Assembly (NCBI GenBank): GCA_964247055.1
Contig: OZ176057.1
Location: 3,472,001-3,536,000 of the forward strand
DNA: 64,000 nt
Direction of reading: 5' to 3'
Source of the DNA: Paragordius varius
Lineage: Eukaryota > Animalia > Nematomorpha
Made by a program: the position numbers and the translations under genes. The notes under the pieces were generated by a model. The model had not been told where the DNA came from. It searched no databases and was given only the letters and a program-made list of their open reading frames with translations. Below are positions 37,040-50,489 of this stretch, in pieces; positions within the stretch are counted from its first letter, which is position 1; each line of letters starts with the position of its first letter.

Positions 37040-40000
37040 ATGCCTTCGATGTTGCATTTAAAAAATATTATAGTCATTTTAATTGTGAATTTTTACCTAT
37101 CGTGTGGTCTAACTATTACAACGCAATGGAATTCAACTTCTATACCGGGTAAAATTTCTTTAATAAAATCGATTTTTATTAACTATTTTAAAATTTAAGT
37201 TTTATAAATTCATTTCCGTTTAATAAGACTAAACATTTTAAAATGATCTGTTTCAACAGTGTTTTGTTTTACATTTTGTAATGCTACTTCCATACCCCAA
37301 AGCAATTTATTTTACATTGGGCTGACTCAAAATTATGCATGGAATGGTTTTATAACCGCATTAAAAAATACGTAAAATATCCGTGGCTTACATTTTTGCC
37401 GCATTTTTTTATCATTTTTGCATTAGAGTACAAAATAACATAAAAATTAGATTTTTGCTATTTAATTATAAGATTTGATTATTTCAAATCGTTACAATCG
37501 GATTTAAGCAATTTAAACATGCTTTTTTATCAAATATATTTATTTAATGCATGGATCTTTTAGCAAATATAATTTGATTTAAATATCGTTATTAAAAATT
37601 ACTTGTCCAGTTCAAAAATATCAATATTGGAATTTTTCTTAATTTCAAGCGTAATTAATTAGTAACATAGGATAGAAGCCCGGCCCAAGGCGAACTTCAG
37701 ATATGGACTTAAGCTATTTGCTAGTTCTGTCGGTTGAAATATGATGAAAAAACCCATTTTTTGATACCCTAATAAAGTGCCGCAAAAACGATAAAAAATT
37801 ATTGTTTATTTGTTATCAAAAAACCTTTTTCCGATTTCAAAAGGGTTGTTAAAACATAAAAACGGTTACGGATTTTTCAAAATTAAATATATTTTTTTTC
37901 ATTAATTCCATTTAAGAATTAGCTGAAAATGAGACTCGCTCTGATATTAATAACAAGAAGTTTTTAAACACTTCAATCACCTTGGGACAAAACATTAGTA
38001 ATATAGTTAATTTAACTTATGCCGCAAACCATTCTAAACATCCCCCAAACAGCTCCTTATTTCAGGATTCAGAAAATTTTAAATCAACCAACACATCAGA
38101 TTTAAATTTAAATCCTAATCAAGACAACGAAACCAACGTTTTATTTGACAAAGCTAATCATACAAAAGCGGAAAATATCGACATTGTAACTACACCAGTA
38201 AGAGGGATAGAGACGAATATTGTAAATTTGGGTAATCTTTTTTTTCAAATAATTCAAAAATAAGCATTTTTTGAAAAAAAGTCAAAAACTAATTTTTTTA
38301 TTTAAATTTCAGGCCATCGCCCTACCAAGTAACTGGAATAGAGATGTAAATTGGTGTCACAGATTACATATTCCGTTATAATGAATAAAATCAAGGATTA
38401 AACATGGTTTATATAAATATAACATAAAATATTACTTTTGGCGAGCAAACACTTAAGTTAAACCTTTTTATAGGATCAGGACATACTAACCTCCCAAAGG
38501 AAGTATATTTATCCTTTGTTTAAGAATAAAAATATTTTAAAAAGATATTATTACTACATAGATGCTTAATATATTATTTTAGGATTACACGTGCAGAAAA
38601 AGCGAAATCCTGGTCATAAACGATTTCATATTCATTTTACATCGTATAATAAATATCAAACTTTACGAAATGATAATAGCACTAAAGATCGTCGAATTCA
38701 GTATGTTGTGAATCGAATTGGTTCAAATGATAAGCAAACTATATTGGTAACAAAATTTATTTGCTATTTTTATTTATAAAATATTAATATGGTAAGCTGA
38801 AATTTACTAATATTAAAGTATCTAGTTTTAAATTTTTTAACCTAGCACTTAGATTTTTTATTTTTCTTTTAGGGTGCTTTTGCCTTTAAAGATTATAACT
38901 TTACACAACAAGGGATATACGAGGTAAGAGCTCAGATGTCAAACTCACAAAATTCTCAAGAATATGAATCGAATTCCGCCTATATATCGATTGGTAATTT
39001 TTGATTATGCAATGAATTCTTATTAGTTGTAATATTGGGTTTCAAGAAGCCGCAACTTTATAAGTAAGAATCGAATCTTTATAGTCCTAAACTATTTCAA
39101 CCCCATTTGAATAAAATAAATAGGGTTGTCAATGACATTATTTTCCCTGATTTAATAAAGAAGAATCAATCGATTTTCTATTTAAATCGGCCCTTTTTAC
39201 TTTTTGAAACTACAAAAAAATAAACACCACGTCGTAATATTAAATCTTAACCATGTGGCTATTATAATGTTAAAATTTTTGAACCATGTATTTATTAAGT
39301 TTGTATGTGTACAGGTTGTGGAATTTTATACTTAAATTAAAAGGAAAATTATTTGATAAAAAATTTAAACTGACTAATTCTTTTGGCGAAAAAATGTGTA
39401 AAACCGGGGCCATGATTGAAACCAGAGAAAAATATGCGTATGTTGAAAAGAAAAGTTTAAAACGGCTATGCAATCAGGAAATATTATTTAGTCTAAAATC
39501 TTTTATATTTAATTTCATATTTTTCGTAAAAAATCCTTATTTAGGAAACTGTGCATTATTATCCAATGTGACGACATGTTTGCAAAACAAGACAACAGCC
39601 TCGGTTGAACAAAATTTATGTAGGGACACAGTTTGTTTTATGTATCCTAATGCCAAATGTCGCGTAGTAGCAAGCAATGTTACCCCAGTTAATCAAGATT
39701 TAATAGATGTTATTAATTCAACTCTCAGTCGTAAAAAGCCAAAAGGAGAAAGCTTGCAAACAGATCAAACAACCAACTTCAATGCCAAAGGAAATTGTGG
39801 ATATTGTCCTGCTATTGAATTTGTAGATGAAGACGACACAGTTGTTGATTGCAAAAGTAATTATTTATAGTATATTTTGAGATAATGTTTTCATGACTCT
39901 TTCACATGGTCAAATTTGAGTCAAATCAATGTTTGATTCACATGGCTTTAATTTACAAAATATATACTTATTACCTCTCCCTTTATCTACCTTTGAAAAA

Positions 40001-43000
40001 AAATGCAAAGAGATTTAAATCCTTAAAAAATCGTTTATTCACGTCCAGATACTGCATTCGGATTAATTTACGATATAAACCACCATTTTTTGCCGCATTT
40101 TCTTGGTATGTTAAAGATATTCAGATCCTGTACGATGATTCTCCACCAAGTAGCTTTGAGTTTTTCTTTTGGTTTAAGGCAGGGATGTGTAAATGATTTT
40201 TTTTACATATGAGATTATACTATAGATCGTCGGCAATTTTTTTGGAGGTGGCCGTTTTTAAAAATAGAAAATTTTGGACCAGCCCTTAGCTTGAAAATTT
40301 GATTAAAATAGTACTTTATATAGTATATTAATAAAATGGAAAAAAATTATTCCTAACACTAGCTTGCCCTGTCACAACTCGCTGTGATTTAGTCTCTCCG
40401 ATAATTATTCTTAATAATTTGCAATAAATAGAGTTGATTGAGATAAAAAAAATAAAAAAAATATTTAATAAAAAGAATGATTATTCTTTTACGGGTTTTT
40501 GCATAAACACAAATATTGTCTCGAAATTGACCTTAAAATTGTCCCTTTTTAAGTTAATATTCAACTATGATTGGAATTATTTTGAGTTTTCGTTTTACGA
40601 AATTATACTTAAAAGTTTAGAAATTGTGTTCATACACCTGGGATCAAGGGATATAAAAAGTAAATCATTTGTGGTCCCTTTATAAAGGTAAGAATGATAT
40701 TATACAAACTCCCCAGTAATTTGTTAAACTGAACACGTGAGGCTTTTTAAGATTTTTGAAAATCAGCTCCAAAACTACGCCTATTTTGTATAGCGTCTTA
40801 GAAACCGGACCTTTATACATAGACCTATATGGAAAAAGCGCTGAGTCAAATTCTTTGCATTTATAGGGAAAATATTTGGAATCATCTTTGATACCATTTT
40901 CTCATGGGTTATTTGGGTTATTCAAAAAATACATCAACACTACATAATCATTATATGATGGCGTATTTTTAGGACAGGCCCAAATTAACTACTAAAAAAC
41001 GTCTGACCTCATACCTGGTTACATGTAATATTTCAATTTTAATAAGCTCATATGGCTTCATAAACTTTCTGTAAGCTCCAAAACAACGCAATTTCTATAT
41101 AGTGGCTCAGTTTTTGGCGGGTATCTCCTACCCAGGGGCAAGTATAAAAGCGTTGGGCAAAATTTTTGCCTTTTTATGGGGAATATCTAGAATATTCATG
41201 GATTCCATATGTTTCAATCAGTCTCATAGATTTTCTGAGTTTGGCTCCAAAGGCATGCTGTATCGATGTGTTGACGCAGTTTTACGCGAGTAGCTCCGTA
41301 ACCAGGGAAACAAAAAACGCTCGATTAAAATTTTTGTCATTTGGGTAATACCTGGAATCATGATTGATTCCATATGCTCTTGTGGGATTAATTACCTCAA
41401 AATTAATAAGTCATTCTATGGTGGAGCATTTCCAGTACAAGGGCCTAATTAACAGTTAATGTACAAAAAACCGAAATTTTTCCTTTTTACTGGTAATTTC
41501 AGGCCCTTATTAAACTTATATGGCCTGATAAAATATTTTAAAATTAACTCTTAAACGCAATTTCGATATGGTGTCGCAGTTTTAGGCGTGTAACTCCCTA
41601 ACCACAGGCTGATAGAAAAGACTTTTGCGGAGAATACCTGGAATCATCATTCATTCCTTCTTAATAGTTTTTGGTAGTATGGCTACAAAAGTAAATAATA
41701 GTTCAATGATAGCGTTTTTAAAGCGTAAACGGCCTAATTAACGGCTAATTTAAAACGCTCCACTTAAATTTTTGCCTTTTTACGGGTAATATTTCAAACC
41801 CTTAATAAACTTATGTGGCCTGATAAGTTTTGTATTAACTCCTTAACAATTCAATTAATATATGGTGGCGCAGTTTTAGGCGCGTAGCTATCTACCCAGA
41901 GGCTGATACAAAAGCGCTAGATTAGAATTTTTGCCTTATTACGAATAATACTTGGAATCATGATTGATTCCATATGCTCTCATTAGCTAAAAATCATTCT
42001 ATGGTGGCGCATTTTTCAGGGCATGAAGGGCCTAATTGAGGGCTAATTTTAAAAAAATGCCTTGTTACGGGTAATATTTTAAGCAGCTATTGAACTCATA
42101 TGGCCTGATAGGATTTCTGAAATTTAGCCCCAAAGGCACGCTATTTCGATATGACGGGTCAGTTTTTAGCGGATACCTCCTTACCTGGCAGCCAATATAA
42201 AAGGAACGCTCGACTAAAATCCTTTTAATAAGGAATACCTGGAATTCTTAATGAGTTTTTACGTTCCAATACCTTGGGCGTAAAATAGAATAATTATTTT
42301 GTGGACTTAGTTTTTTTGAAAAAATGGCATTTTATAGGGGGAGCGGGTAAAAGAGGGACTAAATTAAAAAAGCGAGCACCCACTATGTTTGGCGCAAAAA
42401 AAAGTAAAAAAAATTATATTTGAAATCGAATGGTCCAGCACGTTTCCCGGGAAAATTGTCTTAAAGACACAATTTTTGACTTCTGTTTTCAAAAAAACCC
42501 GTTTTTTACATGGGGTGGGCCAGAACTGGGGGCCTCAAATAAGGGCTAAGCCATTGTCGGGGCATCCATTAATGATTATTTTTATCAAGATTTGTATCTG
42601 AATGGGTCTACGGGTTTTCCGGAAATAGATCACAAAGCCACAACTTTCTATTTTTATTATTCCTAACATTTCATGCTACATAATAATAATAATAATAATA
42701 ATAATGTGACATAAGCAATTTTGCACACTTTTTTAATTAATCTAAAAATAATTTTTTTTAAATTTTCTAAATGCTATGACGAGCTATATAAAAACACCCA
42801 GCGAGCCAAATTTGATTCGCGAGCCCTAGGTTTCCGACTCCTGCTATAGATCTTTATATGTGACTAAAGTAGCCGAACTCTATAATTGTTTTAGTTTGCG
42901 TTAGCTTCAGTTTTGGTGATAATAAATATTGAATAAGAAATGTTTAATTCAAGACATTTCAACATATATAGTTTAAAAATATCTGCTAATTCCAATAAAA

Positions 43001-43093
43001 ACTTATATCCGAAGCTCTTAACTACATTTGTAGGGATATACTAGGTTAATTATCCAAATGATGTTATTATTATTGGTTTTAATAAGATCATAT

Positions 43094-43166
<73 letters not shown>

Positions 43167-45587
43167 TGGGCATCTATTAAAATTGATCACAATATATAAA
43201 ATTAGAATAAATTTATTGTTTTTTTTAATAAATTTAAAGTAATATCAAGACATACAAGTACGGTCACAACTTATTTACCAAAATTCCAATATTTACCATA
43301 AACTACGACTTTAAATACCCAAAAGCTAATATATAAATTCGGTAGATTATTTTAAATTAAAATTTAAATTATGAGAACTTTGAATTAAAATAGTTATATT
43401 AAACACCTAATTATTAAACATTACATTTTATATACATGTATCTGTATATGCGCAATTTATCTCTTAGATGAATTATTGTTAATTGATCAAATTTTCTTGG
43501 CGACAAGGGAAAAATTAAGTAATTCAACCTCGGCCCCAATCAATACTGACAAATATTTGATCAAATTTAATTTAACTAATCCCTTTACCAATATATTTTC
43601 CAACAAAACCTCAATCACCACTAATAATACCATAATTGATGCTAATATAAAAAGTAATAATGATACGCTTATGGGAACTGAAAAGGAAGGTATTGAGAAG
43701 AGTGTTGTAATGGGAATTAATGAATCTCAGCATCAGGGCTACGTATACGAAATTCAACATACCCATATGTATCCAGAAAACTTTTTTGTGACTACCCGTA
43801 AGGTAAAACATTCTGAGTATTTATCATATCTTATTGTTTTATATGATGTAAGCGAATTGGTTAAACTATTATATCCACCTCCCCGTGATTAATATTTCCA
43901 ATAATCTTAAATTTTTAAATTTAAGTTAAGTTTTGGAGAAACTATTAAATTATATATAATTACACTGTGACTTTTGGGGTTGGACGCCAATGTTATTTTT
44001 TGGACTGATACGTTACACATAATCAGGGTAATAAGTTTACAATATATAAACACAGGAAAAAATGTGGTTTTCACAACTAACAGAAAAAAAAATAAGATTT
44101 TCTTAGTTCAATAATGAGAGTTAAACGAGAGGTAATTAAAAAACTGGGAATAATTTTAGTGAAAATAAAATTTGAAGCAAGGGCGTCCAACACGCGGCCG
44201 CCAAAATATTTTTACCCGCGAGATATTTCAAATATAAAAATTTACGAAATTTAAGTAAATTGATTTCTTAATTAAATTTTCTGATAAGTCTTTCCGAATT
44301 TTTCCAATGAACCAGCAAAAATTGTTAAAACAAATACTATTCTTTAAGTGGTAAGTTTAAATTCTTATAATTTGTTTGTAAATTCCGGCCCCTGAAGCAT
44401 TTGTGTTGGACAACCCTAATTTAAAGCATGATTCTTATTTTCAAAATTCACGGATAACAGCCCAAAATTGGTTATATAATGAATTTAGAACCAAATTTTA
44501 ATATAAAAACAGCTTTTAATATATTACCATAAAACTAAATAATTTAATTTGTTTCCATTTATTTCGCCTTTTAATTAAGGTATCATGTATAAAAAATAAT
44601 TTTAAATTTTTTATATATTGATTGCTTGAGATATAATTTTTACAATAATAACTTTTACCAATAACTAGGATCACGCTATATGGCATTTTAAATTTTAACA
44701 AGATTTTGCGTAACGTTTTATTACCATTTTATAATCTAGAGCTATTCAAAATTTTAAAAGACATAAAAAAATAATGGGCTTTTAATATTTATTTTATGGC
44801 CTTTTAGCTGCATATGATCTCCGTTTTTTTACTGAATGTAAAATTTTAAAAAAATCGTCATCTAAAACTTTTTAGTTTTCATTTTTTTACTTCGGATCCT
44901 TTATCGATACAACAAGCAAAAATACGCATGTTAATTTACACATTGAATTATCAAAATTTTTAATATTTGAACATAGAAAACAAAAATAAATAAATAAAGA
45001 TTTGTTTGTTATTTTTGTACATTAATCAAAAACTTTTAAAATTGTAGTTTATCTACAAATCTAAGATCTACAAATCCTCATAATCCAATCAACAAAATTT
45101 AAAAGTTAATTCAGTGTAACTAGATTGAACAACATAATAAAAGATTTGTATGAATAATATCAAAATAAGGGTAGTTTCCATAAAATTATTTATATAACTA
45201 TATATCGCGTGATGTAAGATTCGTTGAATACAAGAATACAGCCATCTCTTTATTTGTGTTAAAACTATGACAAAAATATTTTATTTTTTTATAGAATCAA
45301 ATCACATTTTCAAATGTTACCGATTCTATCGATTGTTTCCAAGTTGTACCAATCTTTGAAGCGACAAATGTCACCGTTGACATGGCAACCATGAAATTTT
45401 GCTATGTGAATGTGGGCACAACAAAAGGTAATATTTTACCCTACTTTTGCGTGATGAAACCACAATTCGTTAATAATAGTGGGCAAACGATATAAAATTA
45501 AATGTTAAATAATGTTCGCTTAAAAGTAAATAATTTTTAATCATGGTTGACTTTTTCTATTTTATTTTAGAGACACACTTTGGATGA
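37040..45587 (+). CDS. Secreted, heavily N-glycosylated protein of unknown function with a beta-sandwich-like segment and a Cys-rich module
   Basis: Signal exon 37040-37148 (MPSMLHLKNIIVILIVNFYLSCGLT...), then 37917/37923-38231, 38583-38746, 38873-38993, 39545-39856, 43468-43802, 45295-45427, 45571-45587 (ETHFG*); phases are compatible. Possible micro-exons near 38313 and 38474 are unresolved. Confidence 0.65.
40359..42680 (-). mobile_element. Helitron copy expanded by internal tandem subrepeats
   Basis: CTAG end at 40359; motifs gggcctaattaacggctaat, ttttgccttttt and gaatacctggaatca recur several times in 41100-42250. Confidence 0.7.
43085..43161. repeat. (TA)n microsatellite; shorter ones at about 9611, 16738, 31898 and 50355, plus (AAT)n at about 42681
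   Basis: Read directly from the sequence. Confidence 0.95.
44178..44418. mobile_element. hAT-type MITE; related end fragments near 15230, 35750, 42830, 47710 and 53780
   Basis: CAAGGGCGTCCAAC..GTTGGACAACCCTA; near-perfect 8-bp TSD atttgaag / atttaaag. Confidence 0.7.
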
Positions 45588-48201
45588 GAAAAGGCATAAC
45601 TTGTAAAATTAATTAATCTGATAGCTTTTCATTTATAAACAAAAATTTTATAATTTTATAAAACTATCCCAAATGTTACCAGAACTTAAACAATCGTTTA
45701 TATATGATCGAATCCAATTCTTATATAATGCAATTTAAAAACCATATATTTTCAATTACATTATTAATTTTTAAGGCCTAAAATGGGTCAGAAATGGTAT
45801 GATCCCATCTGAAAATCAAGGCACTAATATTTGCTCCCATTGTGAAACCTTAAATCAGGTTGGAAAAACTGAAAATTTTGTGGAAAAAAACTATAGATGC
45901 TTTGGATGTGTCCCTACCCATTTCGCCAATTTAATCATAAAATCTATATAATTGTTTATAAAAAAACGTTTTTTTAATACCTCATCAACTTTTTTGTATA
46001 CCTTATTAGTCAATATCAATTTTATCAATTACTTTTCTCAGGTTTACTTTATACTAGATTAGCAATAAATAAATTTTTTAACAATTATACCGTTTGAAAA
46101 TAGGGTTAATTTTCGCAGAAAATGTTAACAGGATCAACTGTTTGAAATACAATTATTTAGGGAAATCCAGAATCGAAATTTAACAAATTTTTTAACTTCA
46201 TATTAAGTAATATATAAATGTAAATAAAATTAATTTTTAATCAAATATTTTTACATTATTAAATTTAAGTTTTTATCCATAAACCCATTCATAAGCTGTT
46301 AGAAACCCATTATATTCTTATTTAACATTGGCATCTGACGGTTTAAATTTAGCTACTACCTTATTAAAAAAATTTTGACATCTGTCAAACAGGAGAAGTT
46401 TTTTTGACTTATTACAATAAAAAGTGAAATTATACAGACAAAACTTAATATAGAGACAAATTTTTTATAAAAGGCAGCCATATTTCTCGAATTTAATTTT
46501 AATTAAAATTTGATTTAAACTGTAAAGTATGAAATAGAGATATATATTACTAACTCAATTAATTCCTTATTTTTTGAATTGTAAGTAAATGGCTTATATA
46601 GAAAAATTAAGGTTAAAAAAAGTATGGTTGTCTTTTAGATAAAATTATTAGTCTTTCTATTTTTACGCTTTGTCTGTTTTCAATTTTTATTGTACTTTAG
46701 CGATTCGCACAAATCGCATTAAAGATATTTCAATATATAAAAAAAGTTGACATTTGAAACATATCGTCATCATGTAATGTGTTTATTAGCTTGTTACGTT
46801 TCGAATTTATATCTTGATTGAATAAATTATAATTATTTATTTTTTATATTTATATTCGAAAAGATTAATTGTAGTTTTCGAAAATCCATGTTTTAAATAA
46901 TTCAATTGATACGAGATCTCGTTATTGTAAAATAATATAGTATAGTTAGTCGCAATTTTGCGGTTTAAATTTTACTATAGATTTAGTTAATGGGAGATTC
47001 TTAAATCCACAAAATCTAACAATATTATATATTACTGAAAAAAATGTAGAACTGCCTTATCAATCCTTTTATTTAGTATAAAAATAAAAACCGTAATCAA
47101 AATATGATTGAATAATGCCATAGCCATTTTTTTGATGCAAAGTCAGGGTGTAAATTCCAAATTTAATTTTAAAATATTATAAATATGAAACCAGCTTAAA
47201 ATAATTGCTGGACTATATACTTGACAAGAAAAAATAACTTTCTTTTAAATTCTCAAAAAAAAGATATCGACATATTTCTTTACGCCTCTAAAATAATATT
47301 TGCCCAATAAAAACAGCTCGTTTGATCTTATTATTTTGACTTAAAAATCCACAACCACATATAAAACAATATACTACTTGGGCATTTATAAATATTTTAT
47401 TAAATTTCTAACTAAAGATATTTAAAAAATGCAAACTCATATAACCACCCATTTTTTTATCAATTATTGCTAATTATTCAATGCTAAAAACAGCCGTAAC
47501 AGAATAATTTTACGTTAAAGAACGGATAGTGCTTAAATCCAATCTAGGCAAAAAATGGGGTATATGTAAATATTTGACCAATTAATATGCCTATTATCTA
47601 ACATTCAAATAGTGTTTTTTAAAATTTATGGTATAAATATAAATCTAATTATTTTTCTCAGTAAGTACCAGAAGTCTCAGATAAACACATGCTGGCTGCG
47701 GGCCTCCTGCTGGACACCCCTGCTTTAAGTATGCGAAATATTGATTTCAACATTAATTTTAAGTCTCCAATATTTTATATATGATTTTATAATCCATTTA
47801 GAACAGAATTATAAAAATGGGGTTTAGACTTTAATAGTTTTACAAAAAAAACGCGATTGATTGACCAAATCTTTCAAAATACACAAATCTATCATATTTC
47901 AACTAATAGAAGCTAGAAAAACCGAAGGCTCTAAATTAGATTAATTTTTACAGAAATAAGTCATGACATTCATTACAATATATCATAAAAACCGATTTCT
48001 ACGATTCGTACCAAAAACATCTGTCGAAATATCAATTTGAAAATTACTACTTTTTGAAGAACAGAAAGAAATCTTTTATACTTATAGCCTCCTATCCCTA
48101 ACTACGATTTTTTTCTATCCTCTGTAATAAACCAATGTTTATGGTTGTATTTTGAAGCAAGTAGCCCTATAATTTTCTTCCAATGGCTAAATACTTTATA
48201 C

Positions 48202-49778
48202 CAGGGCTTCTAAAACTTTTGTAGTTCGCGACCCCATTTATGATTGCGAGTTTTTTAACGACCCCAACAAATATAAAAGAAAAATAATAGTTTCTTCGAA
48301 ATAATCCTGAGAAATTTTGCTGATATATTTATCGGGAATATTTCGGTTTTGAGAGATTGACAAAAATGAATCTACATTTTTTATAATATTCTATAACATT
48401 TTCTGATTCATAGTAAATCGATACAAAATACTAGCTGGCCCTGTCACGCTTCGGTGTGGCGTAGTCTCACCGATAATTATTTTTAATAGTTTGCAATAAA
48501 TAGAGTTAATGGCGATAAAAAAATAATAACCATATTTAATAAAAAGAATAACTGTCCCTTATTAAAGTTAATATTTAACTATGATTGAATTTATTTTAAA
48601 ATCTTCGTTTTACTAAATCATGATTAGTTTTATTTTAGAATTGTGTTCACTCAGCTGGGATCAAGGGATATAAAAAGTAAATAATTTGTGGTCTTTTTAA
48701 AAAAATGATTTATACAAATTCCATAGAAATGTGATTAACTGAACTCGTATGGCTTCTTAAGTTTCATAGCTCCAAAACCACGCCATTTCCGTATGACGTC
48801 TCAGTTTTAAACAGGTAGACCCCTACCCATAGACCTATATGGAAAAAGCGTTGAGTTAAATTCTTTGCCTTTATTGGGCAAATATTTGGAATGTTTGATA
48901 CCGTGTCATGGGTTTTTTTGAAAAAATACCTCAACACTAAATAATCTTTATATGATGGCGTTTAAGGGCATAAAGGCCCCAAATTAACGGCTAATATAAG
49001 AACCCGGCCGTTTTTACCTAGTTACGGGTAATATTTCGTGAGCTCATATGGCTTCATAAATTTTATGTAAATTATCTCCAAAACAACGCAATTTCTATAT
49101 GGCGCAGTTTGAGCGGCTATCTGTTTACTCAGCAGCCAATATTAAAACGCAAGACTAAAATTTTTGCCTTTCAAAAGAGATTAACTCGAATCCTCAGAGA
49201 ATTTTAACGGTTTCATACCCTGGCAAAAAATTATTTAGTTTTATTTGAAAAATGGCATTTTACGGGGGGAACGGGTAAAAAGAGAGCTTAAATAAAAGTA
49301 AGCCGACTAGGTTCGGCGCAATCGAAAAAAAGTAAAAATAATCATTTTGAGATCGAATGGTCCAACACGTTTTCCGGAAAATTGTCTCAAAGACACGATT
49401 TTTCTGGACTTCTGTTTTCAAAAAGAAACCGTTTACACGGGGTCCCGAACTGGGAGTCTAATTCAAAAAAAGGCGAAGCTATTGTTAGGGGAATTATTTG
49501 TGATTATATTTTTTTGATAATTGGATTTGAATGGGTCTACCGGTTTTTCGGAAACAGATTACAAAGCCAGCATTTTCCATTTTTATAAATATATAGATTA
49601 TACTGATCGGAATAAAAATGCTGGTATAAACAGTCTTTCCGAAATATCATATATTTATCTACGATGATTGTTATTTTTCTTTATAACAATAATTTTACAA
49701 GTTAAAAAACATTTTTTGTTAAATTGTTTTTTTATCACTCGCGACCCCATAATTTTGCCACGCGACCCCAAAGCTCTG
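48202..49778. mobile_element. hAT-type MITE hosting the nested Helitron
   Basis: Starts CAGGGCTTC and ends ..GCTCTG; perfect 8-bp TSD CTTTATAC at 48194-48201 and 49779-49786. Confidence 0.8.
48431..49597 (-). mobile_element. Non-autonomous Helitron
   Basis: On the - strand it begins A|TCTATATA and ends CTAG|T, with a subterminal hairpin (+ strand CACGC-TTCG-GTGTG); no TSD. Homologous to 8348-9420, 40359-42680 and 59746-60824. Confidence 0.75.
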
Positions 49779-50191
49779 CTTTATACCCCTGCGAAATATT
49801 CTGAAAGCTAGTTTAAACTTAATATACGACTTTTATGGTTTTTGTTGATAGAAATATGTTAAATATTAAGTCAATTCTTAATTTAGTCGAGCAATCGCTA
49901 TGTTTTATTGTAAAAAATTGACACATCTACGCCATTAATTAGATTTTGCTTCCTACGAAGTATATAAGTTTCAAAATTGATTTTGAGTAGTTTTGCGATA
50001 TTCTAACTAAATTTTTGTTGCAAAATATTAATGTGTTAAAAAAATTAAAAGGGCTCATATATTTTGTCATTACCTTTTGTTTTTGACAAAGTTATTGAAA
50101 ATAAGTAGGTGTGTAAACATTTTGAATTATTTAATATTATCAAATTTATTATCCTACTATCTCGTAAACCGTTATAGAGAAAAAAATTCTT

Positions 50192-50353
50192 TTAATTATA
50201 AGGCAAATCAATTTCAAGAAGATTTTCTTGTTTTTTGCATTTATTTTCACAAATTCTGTCTCCATAACAATTGTCACAACTCTTAGGTTGTCTGCACTTT
50301 GAAAGGCAATTATTTCTATCAAAACACCTCTCCATACAACTGGCAAAATCATC

Positions 50354-50393
<40 letters not shown>

Positions 50394-50489
50394 TCTTACC
50401 GACTCCGGAAAAAAATTGAGTCAACGCCATATAAGACAAATAGTTGCTAATACACTAGAAATTATGAAACAGCTGTTTTTAGTTTTTTG
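50192..50489 (-). pseudogene. 8-Cys peptide gene (D)DFASCMERCFDRNNCLSKCRQPKSCDNCYGDRICENKCKKQENLLEIDLPYN* with an apparently frameshifted signal exon
   Basis: Terminal exon 50352..50192 (tatag|AT, 2+53 codons); 47-nt (TA)n-filled intron with donor G|GTAAGA at 50399; upstream exon 50489..50400 reads QKTKNSCFIISSVLATICL.. then ..MALTQFFSGV one base out of frame. Confidence 0.65.

Noticed and set aside
49382-49588. Similar ORFs at 42389, 49382, 60567 and 60577
   Set aside because: Helitron-internal sequence with no Rep/helicase motifs; frames differ among copies.
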